From Giardia intestinalis (Eukaryota), in NCBI GenBank assembly GCA_000002435.2, contig CM018792.1: a stretch of 64,000 bases of DNA. One strand, 5' to 3'. Of the stretch, positions 11,801 to 21,100 are shown piece by piece; position 1 is the stretch's first letter; the number at the start of each line of letters is the position of its first letter. The notes beneath the pieces are model-generated. The model worked only from the letters and a program-made list of their open reading frames with translations, was not told the DNA's origin and did no database searches. The translations under genes were made by a program, and so were the position numbers.

Positions 11801-13173
11801 GCTTGCGCTCAGACTATTCTCGACTTTTGCAGTACATCTGCCGGAAGGATGCCACCGAGTGTGGATATCTTCCTTTAGATCTCAGTGTGTATCGCCTCGT
11901 CTCCATCTTGGGGCGTCTGCCTCTTTTCAATCAGGGTTCTGTGTTAAGCCAGGGCACCCTATTCAACTTCAATCACTGCAATCTGCTGACCTGGATCGAT
12001 GGAGTGCTAGAGAAGGTTGCGGGTCATCGGGAAGTTCACAGCTGCTGTGCAGGGTTTGCTTCTGTGGTTTTCGAGGCATCCTCTGCGAGTCTCAGGTTCT
12101 TCGGACTAAATAAGAAAACAGTATCTGCCTTTCTTAGTAGGTTGGAACAGCCAGAGGAATACGTAGATACGGAGTTAGAGCGTGCCACATTTACTGAAGA
12201 TAAAGACTTAGATAGTACCTTGCTGGATTCCATTAACTTCGTCATCAACAGAATATATTTGCGCGTGCTGGAGCTTTCTGTCCTCAGCGTAGTTAGTCGT
12301 GCTGTCAGCACCATGTACCACTTTGTTCTTCAGGCATCCGGTTACACCACTGGTTCTTTGGAGCATCTCGCAGACGGGTTTAGGCGTGGAGAGGTCTACA
12401 CATCCTTCTTTATGGCGCTCCCGTCTTCTGTACGTCAGCTTTATAACGAAGAGCACAACCTGTTTTGCAATACATGTAACAGGGAGCTTCTAGAAATGTT
12501 TCGGCTTTCAGACGCGCACAGACTTGTAGCAGACTATGCCATGCAGAACCAGCTTTGTTCCTCGTGCTTTGCAAGCTATTACACCAACATTGTCTATCCT
12601 CTTGCTTCTTATGAGAGCGACATCACTTCGTTTCTCTTTAAGCGAATTGCAAAACAATTTACCAAGGCTTGGTGCTGTGAAGATGTGCTTTCGCTAATAT
12701 ATCATGCTGGCTTTGTTTCCGATGAGTACTTCCTCAAGCAGCTGTGCCACGAAGCTAATGCATTCATCAAAAAGGCACCTCCAAGCGCATATGCAATCAC
12801 CACCAGTGGATGCGTAGTAATAAGCTCTGGTGAGCTAAGTGAGGAGACACGCATTCTGAGACTGCATAAAGTATCCGAGGCCCTCTTGAGTGCGTTGCTG
12901 CAGATCCAAAGGATGCGTCATGTCTGCATGTTTAAGGCGCAGACATATCAAACTTGTGTCCCGTATGCTACATATTGCGAGTCTCGGTTATACGTCGAGG
13001 ACTCGCAACACCTAGCCTTGTTACACACTCTCTTAAACAACGAGAAGGAGCATGCGGGTGCTAAGGATATGTTCCTATATTCATCTAAACATGAACCACT
13101 AGGTCGTGCATGTAAGCAAGGGCTACGCACAGATTGGTATTATGCTCTCATCCAAAGCTGTAGCAAATCTTAG
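5812..13173 (+). CDS. giant hypothetical protein, 2453 aa, with internal clusters of transmembrane helices
   Basis: An uninterrupted 7.4 kb ORF preceded by the initiator aaaaataaacaaacattATG. Hydrophobic helical clusters occur around residues about 500-560 and about 1250-1500. All antisense ORFs inside it are short. Confidence 0.7.
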   Translation: MSISQGASAFSDQPSDLPAVLRKNEVSAEHPKISVFYDSLRLREGYQSNPVQREVHILFNSWVGISKPPPLLPPSKDLSQPFGCDVLFDSISSSPSTPVMSSDLSTPGCTSFNTGYCELSYLDSLNESSQSASINADPHSKDLTFPGPALIQPLTRDTLTRTNTSGLTAVPDLPTLPGLSNLQTLKVVPSDLTPPIVSIQSAPVLNTWAARSRSEVTSGVSHTGTANPSQADSQTTSSSGTRRQKTMELTNAETGMHVVVIKPAVKSRTKKQKRETAQNRSGSEKLHANPEDAPRRVVQSSSDTTQIFLPATVTPTAQSCADSKSDPRTVIGLTFESEHNRCEADFEPSPRKSNPDGSSPDTSPLSAIADDLNPPIFNGLLNDALLDPRELEANYLISKNDIALDMGGDGTYSATDPAHLLGSPQNCTEVISDFSSTEVTYETPLSDRHLKWRKSATKDAVLLHHTQRTLLSTSEGKGYTYQGRTNSSTHEHCFMADFDIFQPYNAAGVESVLQAKRTRRDILSLLLSTGCGVAMRLGSWMVTILLFVAYLFATGVLFAVNRLSSFMLMSLRDPVRILLPFVLVTFLKRLLFIIPFISHYVVEWFYPSIIDEALLANGSYYGEGKVPDKRVLPTYLSLDRSYKDFFPPIFVHSSKKKTGFLEYLKVVMGSIPVSDVLHNMLDQTFQLRLYALYGQPGLRHDVGLSSSLSIATQDYFEVPLSSYKLFHDTPNGRLPHSGKQQLSRYFNSYLPIQEHHVKPMTFSSEYTLVGNDHLTENEYRRASLKMYDVGERFRQPEGKDYQDIYSHYGLLADPHSIYERPGDDIRSKNYRYRRIMAGEYLVVVSGSVSDSFSPTGTSADAATVRKWLAYGFVLFGRSSVYGPFMAKDTHYIVNRRIINNDHTTLTVSDNTGNIVRITLEDPNFTLYCRSLTPRHLEISKTANARGDNDSIHGTFDNCNFNDLIIYYNRPFTFDEKPAFIKFDTFETLDARVAPIAERKIKGEERLLTEDLRVTLIDPTFPRLSKVNNSATLITINPKVHINVLFQSSKVPLDRVVECSGRDCSNKLLAAPEYLQYFRPVSDDYLSYLSIKPLVAPVPVTQNSLWPFTDTQLAYFYKELTFSRAQVTRQLESCRNKDKNSHGGIDESQRDTGISSILQPTKHSRHRCSHSYMADLQNNLKVIDLQIQDVVASQQGYTVLTCLSNRSTDELKTTTRSLRTMECTFLFQRIVISLFCSWILSCAIHTHAKIFYGLVHQVQKGTSPKNKSSAHSGIAVSSYTMLFISLCSGILRLIDASRKGVRKRTAVDFATYLFAQAIKSFITFYPMYLIYVNAPRLLAALYLSNLQYRLIIAYVVVMLLSGQFFAHFGLYNPASGHLPYRLLKSFSEKVGTLTLTVAKSTAFRSFSLLLLRVLNTELLLVAPALMWLFTSVVFRVMYHLSIEGIYGGEERFSHSLYRVTFSTFDFVIHPSLYSSSLCVLLLSLFLLLSCDTFVTNWKLTYSLRHMPSYTSPDQQLPSSYLTSTFSQKPFILFDTDSARFVDEVRKIYPDLFNVQLGAQPKRKSAPSSRRHSAASPSTSSASSSDVFYFRPIEAVTPIYYLEELGPWSPKIYLYGSAVYKKLFSVPGVYGSLVATTIWVSPHEPYVSSACPASDASCTFANDMYQDINSLLARPLRSYLQDSRRFSTVMYDQPADFPGKHQLQSILHTRATLFIRTTKRMARTVRLQCATLPWSVFLPTYEFKISRFVMPSQMLHALVFNNAPGQPIDPVMSLALFFNGITLPSALLHQMVPMQYTFTASPEAILKLQNSFGHSLVKYLLLPVSGYMVTRGSSVSPPSFHLNIVDRPVRHVINSGSEQVETARFLLTDDEVNRAVSLGNNLLGGLKEVLTIDQGEQLSKTSAPLGAIVRDDMIPRLTPQDLLFVLSVSFLDYFTVGHLHQSPDSLSQDFLLHCPSDLVRAKDTSRHREHSGTTDSLGNHIPSIRGGIYNNYFRHELKCLRSDYSRLLQYICRKDATECGYLPLDLSVYRLVSILGRLPLFNQGSVLSQGTLFNFNHCNLLTWIDGVLEKVAGHREVHSCCAGFASVVFEASSASLRFFGLNKKTVSAFLSRLEQPEEYVDTELERATFTEDKDLDSTLLDSINFVINRIYLRVLELSVLSVVSRAVSTMYHFVLQASGYTTGSLEHLADGFRRGEVYTSFFMALPSSVRQLYNEEHNLFCNTCNRELLEMFRLSDAHRLVADYAMQNQLCSSCFASYYTNIVYPLASYESDITSFLFKRIAKQFTKAWCCEDVLSLIYHAGFVSDEYFLKQLCHEANAFIKKAPPSAYAITTSGCVVISSGELSEETRILRLHKVSEALLSALLQIQRMRHVCMFKAQTYQTCVPYATYCESRLYVEDSQHLALLHTLLNNEKEHAGAKDMFLYSSKHEPLGRACKQGLRTDWYYALIQSCSKS

Positions 13174-13252
13174 TTTTCTACCTGGACAAGTATTCATTAC
13201 TTCATTAGATGGCCATAGAAATAACTACTTGTACACAAATGGACCTAGAAGT

Positions 13253-13375
13253 GGTGCTGAAAGACGCGCCCGCCCGGCCCTTGACCCTCGTGGCCCCGTC
13301 GTCGGTGTTGGGCACGACGCGCCGCTGGGCCCTCTTGATGGGCGACTCGTCCGGAGGCTCTCCCGTCCACGTACT
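13253..13375 (-). pseudogene. about 120-bp, about 70% GC coding-like remnant in an intergenic region, with GC3 periodicity on the minus strand
   Basis: The minus-strand reading ACG TGG ACG GGA GAG CCT CCG GAC GAG TCG CCC ATC AAG AGG GCC CAG CGG CGC GTC GTG CCC AAC ACC GAC GAC GGG GCC ACG AGG GTC AAG GGC CGG GCG GGC GCG has G/C at almost every third position. It is flanked by normal-composition DNA. Confidence 0.3.
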
Positions 13376-13733
13376 TAGCACTATCCACGAGTTCACTTGT
13401 GATAAGAGGGCAAACAGTGAGGCTTGGTCATAAAAATGGAAATTCATGTGGTTATCGATAGTGGACAGGCATACCTAGAGCCGTCACGCAAGTATTCTGC
13501 CTCATATAGGAAAGATCCTAGGCCAGAAATGGCCGAATGCGAGGGCTGGTCTGTATTTGCGGAACTGTCTCAGTTGTTGCGGAAAGCTGAGGAAGACGGC
13601 TTTCCTCTGCTCTAAAAAGTCCCCTTAGTGGCTATGGGCGGCATAGACAACTATCCTTTCAGCGACAACTAGGTTTTAGTAAATCTTTGAGCTCAACACC
13701 GGGAATCTTGACTTCAGTAAAATTTCCAGGTAA

Positions 13734-15398
13734 ATGCACAAGCCGCACACAACGTCCAAGTACAGGAAGGAAAGTGCTAGGCGTGTAGGGGAGGGAGGTA
13801 CTGGGGGAATATATATGGCACGGAACATAGCCACTGGGGAGCGCGTTATTCTTAAGGAAATAAAGTTAAGCAGTGCCGACGAGGGACTAGCAATATCAGG
13901 TCTTCGGGAGAGCTGCATATTATCTTCGTGCAGACACGAAAACATCATCAGAATTATCGAGACCTATTACTGGCGGAAAAACATCATCCTTGTGTTAGAG
14001 CTCTGTGAAAGGGACATCGGCGCTGTACTGAACGATGGATATACCATTCCAAAGGAGTTCCGCCAGTCCATTTTCTTTATGGCTCTACGGGGGTTGCATT
14101 ACCTCCACAGTAAGTGGATTTTGCACCGTGACATAAAACTGTCGAACATCTTGATTGCACACGACGGAACAATAAAGCTGACTGACTTTGGTCTGAGCAG
14201 GTATTACAAATATAATGGCTTTGACACTGGCAATGTAGGAACACAGACATATAGAGCACCCGAGCTAATTTTGAAGGGGCAGCAATCCACACCTGCATCC
14301 GATGTGTGGAGCATGGGCATCTGCTTCTGTGAAATCATTTTTGGGTGCGATGGATCAAACTACACGTTCTATGATATGGTCTCTTACGAGTTGAGCATGA
14401 TGACGCATGAACCTGGCGGCAGCGGCTGCCAGCGCCATAAGGCAATCAACGCCAAAGATTTTAGGGAAGAAATACCGAAGTCTCACGGGGACGTACGCGA
14501 CACAACAATGCTCACTACTCTAAAGGAAGCCCTTGGCTATCCATCTTTGGAGGAGCGACAAGGTCTTTCACAAAATGACATTTATCGTGTGATATTCCCG
14601 GACGAGAAACATAACAAGGAAAGCAACCATGCGCCGAGCAATCCTTCCAGACTACTTAGAGATATACTGCACAAACATGGCGGGTCTGAAGAGGAAATAG
14701 ACCTCATTCTTCACATGCTGAATTGGTCGCCCTATATAAGGTACACCTCAGATCAGTGTCTTAGTCACCACATGTTCGCTAATATTTACTCCAGTTCCAA
14801 AGTAGATTGTACAAATAAAGTTGATAGCCAAATTATTCACAGTAGCCCTTCTGTTGTGAAGCACAGATTATCAGAGTTTCCTCGCAACAACCACCTAACC
14901 ACACGGCCAGATCAGAAACACAAGCAAGTCGCTATACCACGACTCAATACGCACAGCATAGTTCAAGACCATGTCCTCGACTTTGACGCACAGGTGCAGT
15001 TTCATAGTATTGACGGTCAGCGAGACCTTTCGTATTCCTTTTTGCTTGGTGCCTCTATGCTTGGTGAAAACTCTAACACGCCCCACTGTGGTCGGCACGA
15101 GTCTAACAAGCAGGAGAACGGTGTGCTCTCCAGGTTGCCCCTTCCACTAGAGTGTTCGGACGACAGTTCATGCGTAGTGTCATCAAAGAGATCCCACCCG
15201 CCGGTATGTCGCGAACAGGACCAAGAAGACCCAGTGCTACTCAACATGCTCAACAGCCTTACAGGTGGGTGTAATGAAGATCAGCTAGAAAGCGTGCATC
15301 GAAGTAGTCCTTTTGGATGTTTGTCTAGAAATTGGCAACAGAGCGCGTTTCATCAAGAAGCCACCAATGTAGACAATTCTTGGGATGATGCTAGTTAG
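13734..15398 (+). CDS. CMGC/CDK-like serine/threonine protein kinase, 554 aa
   Basis: Contains GEGGTGGIY, VILKEI, HRDIKLSNILI, DFGLSR and YRAPE motifs plus a PSTAIRE-like segment, followed by a long non-kinase C-terminal extension. An AT-rich leader lies upstream. Confidence 0.85.
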   Translation: MHKPHTTSKYRKESARRVGEGGTGGIYMARNIATGERVILKEIKLSSADEGLAISGLRESCILSSCRHENIIRIIETYYWRKNIILVLELCERDIGAVLNDGYTIPKEFRQSIFFMALRGLHYLHSKWILHRDIKLSNILIAHDGTIKLTDFGLSRYYKYNGFDTGNVGTQTYRAPELILKGQQSTPASDVWSMGICFCEIIFGCDGSNYTFYDMVSYELSMMTHEPGGSGCQRHKAINAKDFREEIPKSHGDVRDTTMLTTLKEALGYPSLEERQGLSQNDIYRVIFPDEKHNKESNHAPSNPSRLLRDILHKHGGSEEEIDLILHMLNWSPYIRYTSDQCLSHHMFANIYSSSKVDCTNKVDSQIIHSSPSVVKHRLSEFPRNNHLTTRPDQKHKQVAIPRLNTHSIVQDHVLDFDAQVQFHSIDGQRDLSYSFLLGASMLGENSNTPHCGRHESNKQENGVLSRLPLPLECSDDSSCVVSSKRSHPPVCREQDQEDPVLLNMLNSLTGGCNEDQLESVHRSSPFGCLSRNWQQSAFHQEATNVDNSWDDAS

Positions 15399-15420
15399 CG
15401 TGCCTCACTTACTCACGTTA

Positions 15421-17718
15421 TTATTCAGATAACTTCTGCTCTATCGCAGCCTGCCGCACGTCATCATAAAATATTCTTACTTTCTTCCATGTGTCAAAGC
15501 GGGTGAACTCACAGTCGTTGAATAGCTCTGATAGATTGCACGTTTCCCATATTTCCTTGCAGTTCATGATACTATAGGGATAGCCCTGGTTGTAGCTAAG
15601 GTATGTGCGACGCTCAGCCGCGGTGTGTTGCTCATTTGTGTCCTCAGAAACCAAAATGTAAAAGTACGCGTTCTGGTCACCTGATTTCGGCCGTGATATC
15701 CTTCCCATTCGCTGGGCTTCTTGACGTCTGCTTCTTTCCTGCCAATCCAACTCGATAATTACATTGGCGTCAGGTAAGTCGAGGGATGTATCTCCAACGG
15801 ATGATAGCATGAGACAGCTGATCGTTCTGGTGGCAAACGCATTTACAAGGCACTCCCTCTCATCGTCACTGCAAGCGCCCATGATAAACGGGACATCGAA
15901 CATACGTGCGTACATCTTTGCCGCCATAATAGTATCGCAGAAGAGAAGCACTTGATCTCCCCGCCGGGTGTGGTACTCCTTCAGGTACCACGCAGTTTGG
16001 ACCTTGTACGGATTGAGGATCGTCAAGTACTTCATGTACGTCTTGCGTGTGATCATCACGTCGTTGACGCACACAGTAGTTCTGTCTTGATTGGTCGCCT
16101 GAGCTGTGTTTTGGTCTAGCCAGTCATCGTAAAAGATATGGTGCATTGGACAACGTATTTCAGCGCACTGCAATTTTGCGATAAAGCCGCGCTTTGCAAG
16201 ATCAGACCAGTTGGATTCGTAGAGCTTATTCCCGAGGAGATACAGATTTGTCATCTCGTCATCTTCTCGAAGAGGCGTCGCAGTGAGCCCTATTTTGCAG
16301 TATGACCGCAGGAAAAGATTTGCCTTGGTGTTAACATTGTCTGTAACAAACAAGGTCCTGTAGGTCTCTGCCATCACCTGATGCGCCTCATCAAACAAAA
16401 CAATCCCCCACATAAGTGAATGCACCTTGTTGAGCGTTTCTTTACTCTTAGCGCTCTTTGCATTAGTGAGCATCTGGTAGGTGCTTATGAATACGATATG
16501 GTACCCTGGGATAAACTCAGTCTCCTCGTCTTTGTTTGCCGAAAAAATATAGACACGATCGCTCTCGACTGTGGAGAATTGCAGAAACTGACTCTTCCAC
16601 TGTTTAGACGACAGATTTCCGTTAGTGACTACTATGCAGGAGTGCCCAAGACGACACGCACAAGCAACACCCAAGAGAGACTTTCCTGCGCCACATGGCA
16701 GAACGACTAACCCAGAATTACAGCGCTTAACGATCTGCGACGTGTCTAGCTGCACCTCAGATATGACTTTCTTTGAAGCATGGTCTTGGTAATCCCGTAG
16801 GTCGGTAGTGGGTTTTAGCTGTGCATTGATTTGAGGTGCTTTTACTTGGTATGCCTTTGCAAACTCCTCTTTGATCTTCTTAAGTTCGCACATTTCTGCC
16901 TCTGTATTGATCTCCGCGGCCATAAGAGACTGTAACCGCTGAACTTGCTCATTGCGAACGGCATCGATGCCCTCGTCAAGAAGAAGATATTCCTCTATGG
17001 TAATTAAAGAGCGCGTACCGCTCAGTGGGTCCCGCATTTCTTTTAGCTTCTTTCGAATACTAGTGAGTGCTTCGAGTGGAAAAAAGTATCGCTTCAATTT
17101 AGGAATGCTTGCGATCTTAAACGACTGTGTGTACCACAACGATTGGTCAGATTGCACACCTTGCTCGTGAGTCTTAAGCTCGCGTTTCTGCAGCTCCTCT
17201 GCAGTATCGTTCCGCTTTTTGCGCAGGAGCTCTTCGAAAAGCGTGTCAGCCACATTGTCAGAGGCATCCTCCAGAAGGTCCTTGATATCAGGGGTCAGGT
17301 CTAGGGTCTGGGGAACACGTAAAAGGAATCGGTTGCTGTCATAAATGGAAAAGCTAATGGTGCCTTGATTGTTAGCTAAGCGTCGCAGCGCAGAGAGAAG
17401 CGTGGGGGGAAGGCGGCGATACTTAGAGTAGTAGCCGAGCCGGATCTCTATCTCCGTTGCCGTGTATCCCAGAGAGAGACCTATGTGGAGTGACTCTTCT
17501 GTGATTCGATACTCGTGTACATAGGTCGGCCGTGTTTCGGCTTCTGCAAGGCTAACAAGGAAGTTGTAAGCCTCATCATACATCGGGGAAAACGTCTCCA
17601 AGAGTACAACATGATCGGCACTTAAAGCATTCGTTGAATAAGGAAAGACCGAAAGAGGCCTTTTGTGGTGATCGGGCTTTAGGTCTTCGAACGAGAGAGG
17701 AGCATCTTTGCTGCTCAT
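15421..17718 (-). CDS. XPB: TFIIH helicase XPB/ERCC3/SSL2, about 765 aa
   Basis: Walker A motif VLPCGAGKSLLGV, a DEAH-type helicase core and the C-terminal block LDLPDANVIIELDWQERSRRQEAQRMGRI...AYFYILVSEDT all match XPB closely. The ATG is taken at 17716-17718; the ORF tool extended it by one TTG codon. Confidence 0.93.
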   Translation of the reverse strand: MSSKDAPLSFEDLKPDHHKRPLSVFPYSTNALSADHVVLLETFSPMYDEAYNFLVSLAEAETRPTYVHEYRITEESLHIGLSLGYTATEIEIRLGYYSKYRRLPPTLLSALRRLANNQGTISFSIYDSNRFLLRVPQTLDLTPDIKDLLEDASDNVADTLFEELLRKKRNDTAEELQKRELKTHEQGVQSDQSLWYTQSFKIASIPKLKRYFFPLEALTSIRKKLKEMRDPLSGTRSLITIEEYLLLDEGIDAVRNEQVQRLQSLMAAEINTEAEMCELKKIKEEFAKAYQVKAPQINAQLKPTTDLRDYQDHASKKVISEVQLDTSQIVKRCNSGLVVLPCGAGKSLLGVACACRLGHSCIVVTNGNLSSKQWKSQFLQFSTVESDRVYIFSANKDEETEFIPGYHIVFISTYQMLTNAKSAKSKETLNKVHSLMWGIVLFDEAHQVMAETYRTLFVTDNVNTKANLFLRSYCKIGLTATPLREDDEMTNLYLLGNKLYESNWSDLAKRGFIAKLQCAEIRCPMHHIFYDDWLDQNTAQATNQDRTTVCVNDVMITRKTYMKYLTILNPYKVQTAWYLKEYHTRRGDQVLLFCDTIMAAKMYARMFDVPFIMGACSDDERECLVNAFATRTISCLMLSSVGDTSLDLPDANVIIELDWQERSRRQEAQRMGRISRPKSGDQNAYFYILVSEDTNEQHTAAERRTYLSYNQGYPYSIMNCKEIWETCNLSELFNDCEFTRFDTWKKVRIFYDDVRQAAIEQKLSE

Positions 17719-17738
17719 CAAAAGCTTTTTAAAAAGAA
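17719..17738. promoter_or_regulatory. 20 bp bidirectional initiator between XPB and SNU13, containing the perfect 12-bp palindrome CTTTTTAAAAAG
   Basis: The two divergent ATGs are 20 bp apart. The spacer is caaaagctttttaaaaagaa, and CTTTTTAAAAAG is self-complementary. Confidence 0.6.
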
Positions 17739-18107
17739 ATGCAAATTGACCCCAGAGCCATTCCGTTTGCCAATGAAGAGCTGTCGCTAGAGCTTTTGAA
17801 TTTAGTAAAGCACGGGGCTAGCTTACAGGCAATAAAGCGTGGGGCCAATGAGGCGTTAAAACAGGTGAATAGAGGAAAGGCAGAGCTTGTAATCATCGCT
17901 GCCGATGCAGATCCCATTGAAATAGTTTTGCACTTACCACTTGCATGTGAAGATAAGGGGGTACCATATGTTTTTATCGGGTCAAAGAACGCGCTTGGAC
18001 GTGCCTGCAATGTATCTGTCCCTACCATAGTGGCCAGCATTGGTAAGCACGATGCTCTCGGCAATGTGGTGGCAGAGATAGTAGGGAAAGTGGAGGCACT
18101 GGTATGA
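17739..18107 (+). CDS. SNU13: Snu13 / NHP2-like / L7Ae-family RNA-binding protein (U4 snRNP 15.5K, box C/D snoRNP)
   Basis: A 122 aa protein containing LRKGANEA.K..NRG...L.IIAADA.P.EI..HLP..CEDK.VPYVF..SK.ALGRAC, which aligns end to end with Snu13/NHP2L1. Confidence 0.93.
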   Translation: MQIDPRAIPFANEELSLELLNLVKHGASLQAIKRGANEALKQVNRGKAELVIIAADADPIEIVLHLPLACEDKGVPYVFIGSKNALGRACNVSVPTIVASIGKHDALGNVVAEIVGKVEALV

Positions 18108-18146
18108 CGGGAGTGCGTTTACAGTGCAAGCATCACTAGTAAATGC

Positions 18147-21100
18147 TCACCGGTACATGCTACACACTACTAGTATTTGGAGTGCACTATATACGAAGGC
18201 TAGGTTCTGCAGGCATGCATTTCTAGACAAGTCGGCTTCCAAATTCTTAAGGCCGAGACAAGCTGCGACATGCCGGCCAGAAAGCCCAGACGCCAACAAT
18301 CCGTTAATTCTATCGATGAGGTCACGAAAAGGCACGTCCTTTAAAGAGATCACTTCGCCGTGTTGAGAATTAGGAACTGAGACCGTTGATGAGTCCGGAA
18401 TGCCTTGCTTAGCTACGATGACTGCTATCTTCGGGAACGAACCACACGTGGCTTTCAGGCTGTCGAAGAAGGAGCAAACTCCGCCCGGAAGTAACCTGAG
18501 TAGAGTGACGCAGGATGGATGAAGACCTATGGCCCGAACCATGAGTTCAAGAAGCTCCTGCTGATCAGCTGTTAAATCTGTAGCTGTATTGGCATCATTA
18601 CTACGTAAATATGCCACAGGGTCAACGTATTCTAAACTTAAACCTAATAGCTCAAAGAGGTTCTCTGGCAAGTAGGCTAAGATATCTTCCAAAATACGTG
18701 TGGATAGAAGCTGATGAAAAATGGGGTATTGAAGACACATCTCCAGGTACAGCTTGTTCGAAAAGGTGTGGCAGATTGATGCCCCTGTGCACGCTATCAA
18801 CAGAAGCAATAAATCACCAGCCGGAAGATGTGATAAAAAGCACTGTACTAGCAGCGCAAATGAGATTGCGACAGGTGTATAGTCAGCGTCCTCCAAACCT
18901 ACGACGTAGCGGGCCTGACCTAATTCAGAAATAGCAGTCAACAGAAGAGACAGCTCATGTGGAAGGTAAAAGCCAGGAAAGAGTAGACACTTCAATGACA
19001 GGCTTTGCTGCTGGTGAAACGCAAGCAGGGTAGGGTCAACGAAATTGAGGTTCCACTGTGGCGCAGGATAGGGTTGTGAACACTGGGCAAAGTGTTTGAA
19101 AACAAACGAGGGAAGATCAGCCTTATGTAATGACTGGAGGGAGTCCAAGACTACGGCAAGACTCAGGATATCGTCGCTTGCAACAGGATGGTCCTCGTTA
19201 CTTGGGAAAGAGCTTGGTGTAACACTGTTCTCCTCTAAAGTGGTGCTGCCTACATCGTCTCGGCGGCTCTCTATTTTAGAGTCTACCTCCTCCGCAGTAT
19301 TATCTGAGGAATGCTGCATGATTAGGTCTCCACCAAAGACATAAGGTTCTTCTTGGATATCTCTAGGCAACACAGACGCATCTTTCTTGGAGGGAGATTT
19401 AGCCCAAAGGGGAGAGAAATCCAAGGTTGAAAGGTCTGCATCAAAAAGAGTTATCAATCGTAGCATAAGGGCGCGCAGAACTGCGCTTCTTACACAGTCC
19501 TTGAATGTAAAGTCAACAGCAACTGGAAGCAAGCTCTGTGAAAAGAGGTCTAGTATGCCAAGTGAGCACGACTTGTATGTGCGCTGGACACGAAGCTCTA
19601 GCTCGTCTGCCAGCCGATTGGATTCAGCAATGTACTTGCGTATGTATGCAAAGTCAATTGAGTTAAAAAGCTGATTGTTATGAAGATACTTGTCTGGGAG
19701 GACTTTTGAGGTGAGTATTTTCTCTATTACTGATATGTTCCCGTGAGCACGACATATAACCATGTTGTACACTACACGATAAAGAAGATAGATGGCGAGA
19801 TTTTCTTCGCGGATGGGATCTAGAGTATAAATGCTTTTGTGTCGCAGATAGATGCATGTCCATGACTGCTGTACTTCCTTGAGAACTGACCACCTTGAAG
19901 AAATGTCTTCAAGGGGTACACTGTCTTTATTTGCTGGGGCTGATTGTGCCTGTGATATGCGATAAGCAAAGCGAGCAGAGGCTTTATTGGAACCATCAAG
20001 GGGGAGGGGTAGAGGAACGATCAAGGTCTTGGCAGCACTTACTGCATAAATACAGGATTCCACATCATGTGGTCCTGCTGTCTGTTTATAGAACTTAACG
20101 TCAGGTAGCAAGCTCTGCAAATATTTCACAACATAAGGGAGGTCTGAAGAAGGGATACTCTTTGAAATAATTGGCTTTGTAGAGTCTTGTTCATATGCAC
20201 GTAAAAGAACTGTTAGATTATAAAAGTAGAATATGACAGGGTGAGAGCTGTGTAAGATATGCACGAGCTGATCAAGCTTGCGTGTCGGGACTCCTCTTTG
20301 AATGGCCCACTGTGCCTCTTCGCGCATAAATTGGGTGTAGAAAATCTGGAGTGTGCGTGTAAGGATGAGCTTAGTAAGGTCTTGAGCATTTTTTGCAGCC
20401 TCCGGTGAAATTACTGCATCTTCCTCGAAGACGGAATCTAATTCAAAAGTGTCCACACAATCTTTGTAATTCATATGCGTGATAAAGAACATATCCAAGA
20501 CATCTACCTTTAGTTGACCCGATGCTAAAAACCTAGCAAAACTGTCAACTACAAGAAGGAACATACGCCATGACGGGGTGTGAGACAAGCGTGCCGTCAT
20601 TCTCGAGAATGTTGTCGACGGGTCTGACATCAGTGGTTCTGGGGTATTAACGTACAGTTGATAGTCAGCGATAACCCGTAAATACACCATGAAAGATATA
20701 GCTATGTGCAAGAGCAACTTAACCAGTACTTTGGAGTGTGCTGGTAGGCGAGAAAGCACGCCGCGAACAATCAACGTTGAAAAATACCTGCTGGCATTTG
20801 CTGGAATAGCTAGAGGCTGAGATTGGGGAGATTGCTTAAAATAAATCTTTTCTTTAAAGATCTCTAGATTGAAGATGTCATTTAGTTGAGCTTCGAAGAT
20901 ATCATCTAGCTGCTCGGGACTCTTGTTCTGGCAGTTGCTGACCTCTTTCAGACACTGCTCATAGAATTGCATGAATCTATTATAGATTGCAGAATAGACC
21001 AGCCCCTTGTTAACGTCTCGAACTATTATATAATCCAGTACATGCCTTATGAGGATGTATATCGACTGGTCCCAGTGGAGGCCTGGAGCCGAGGATGGAC

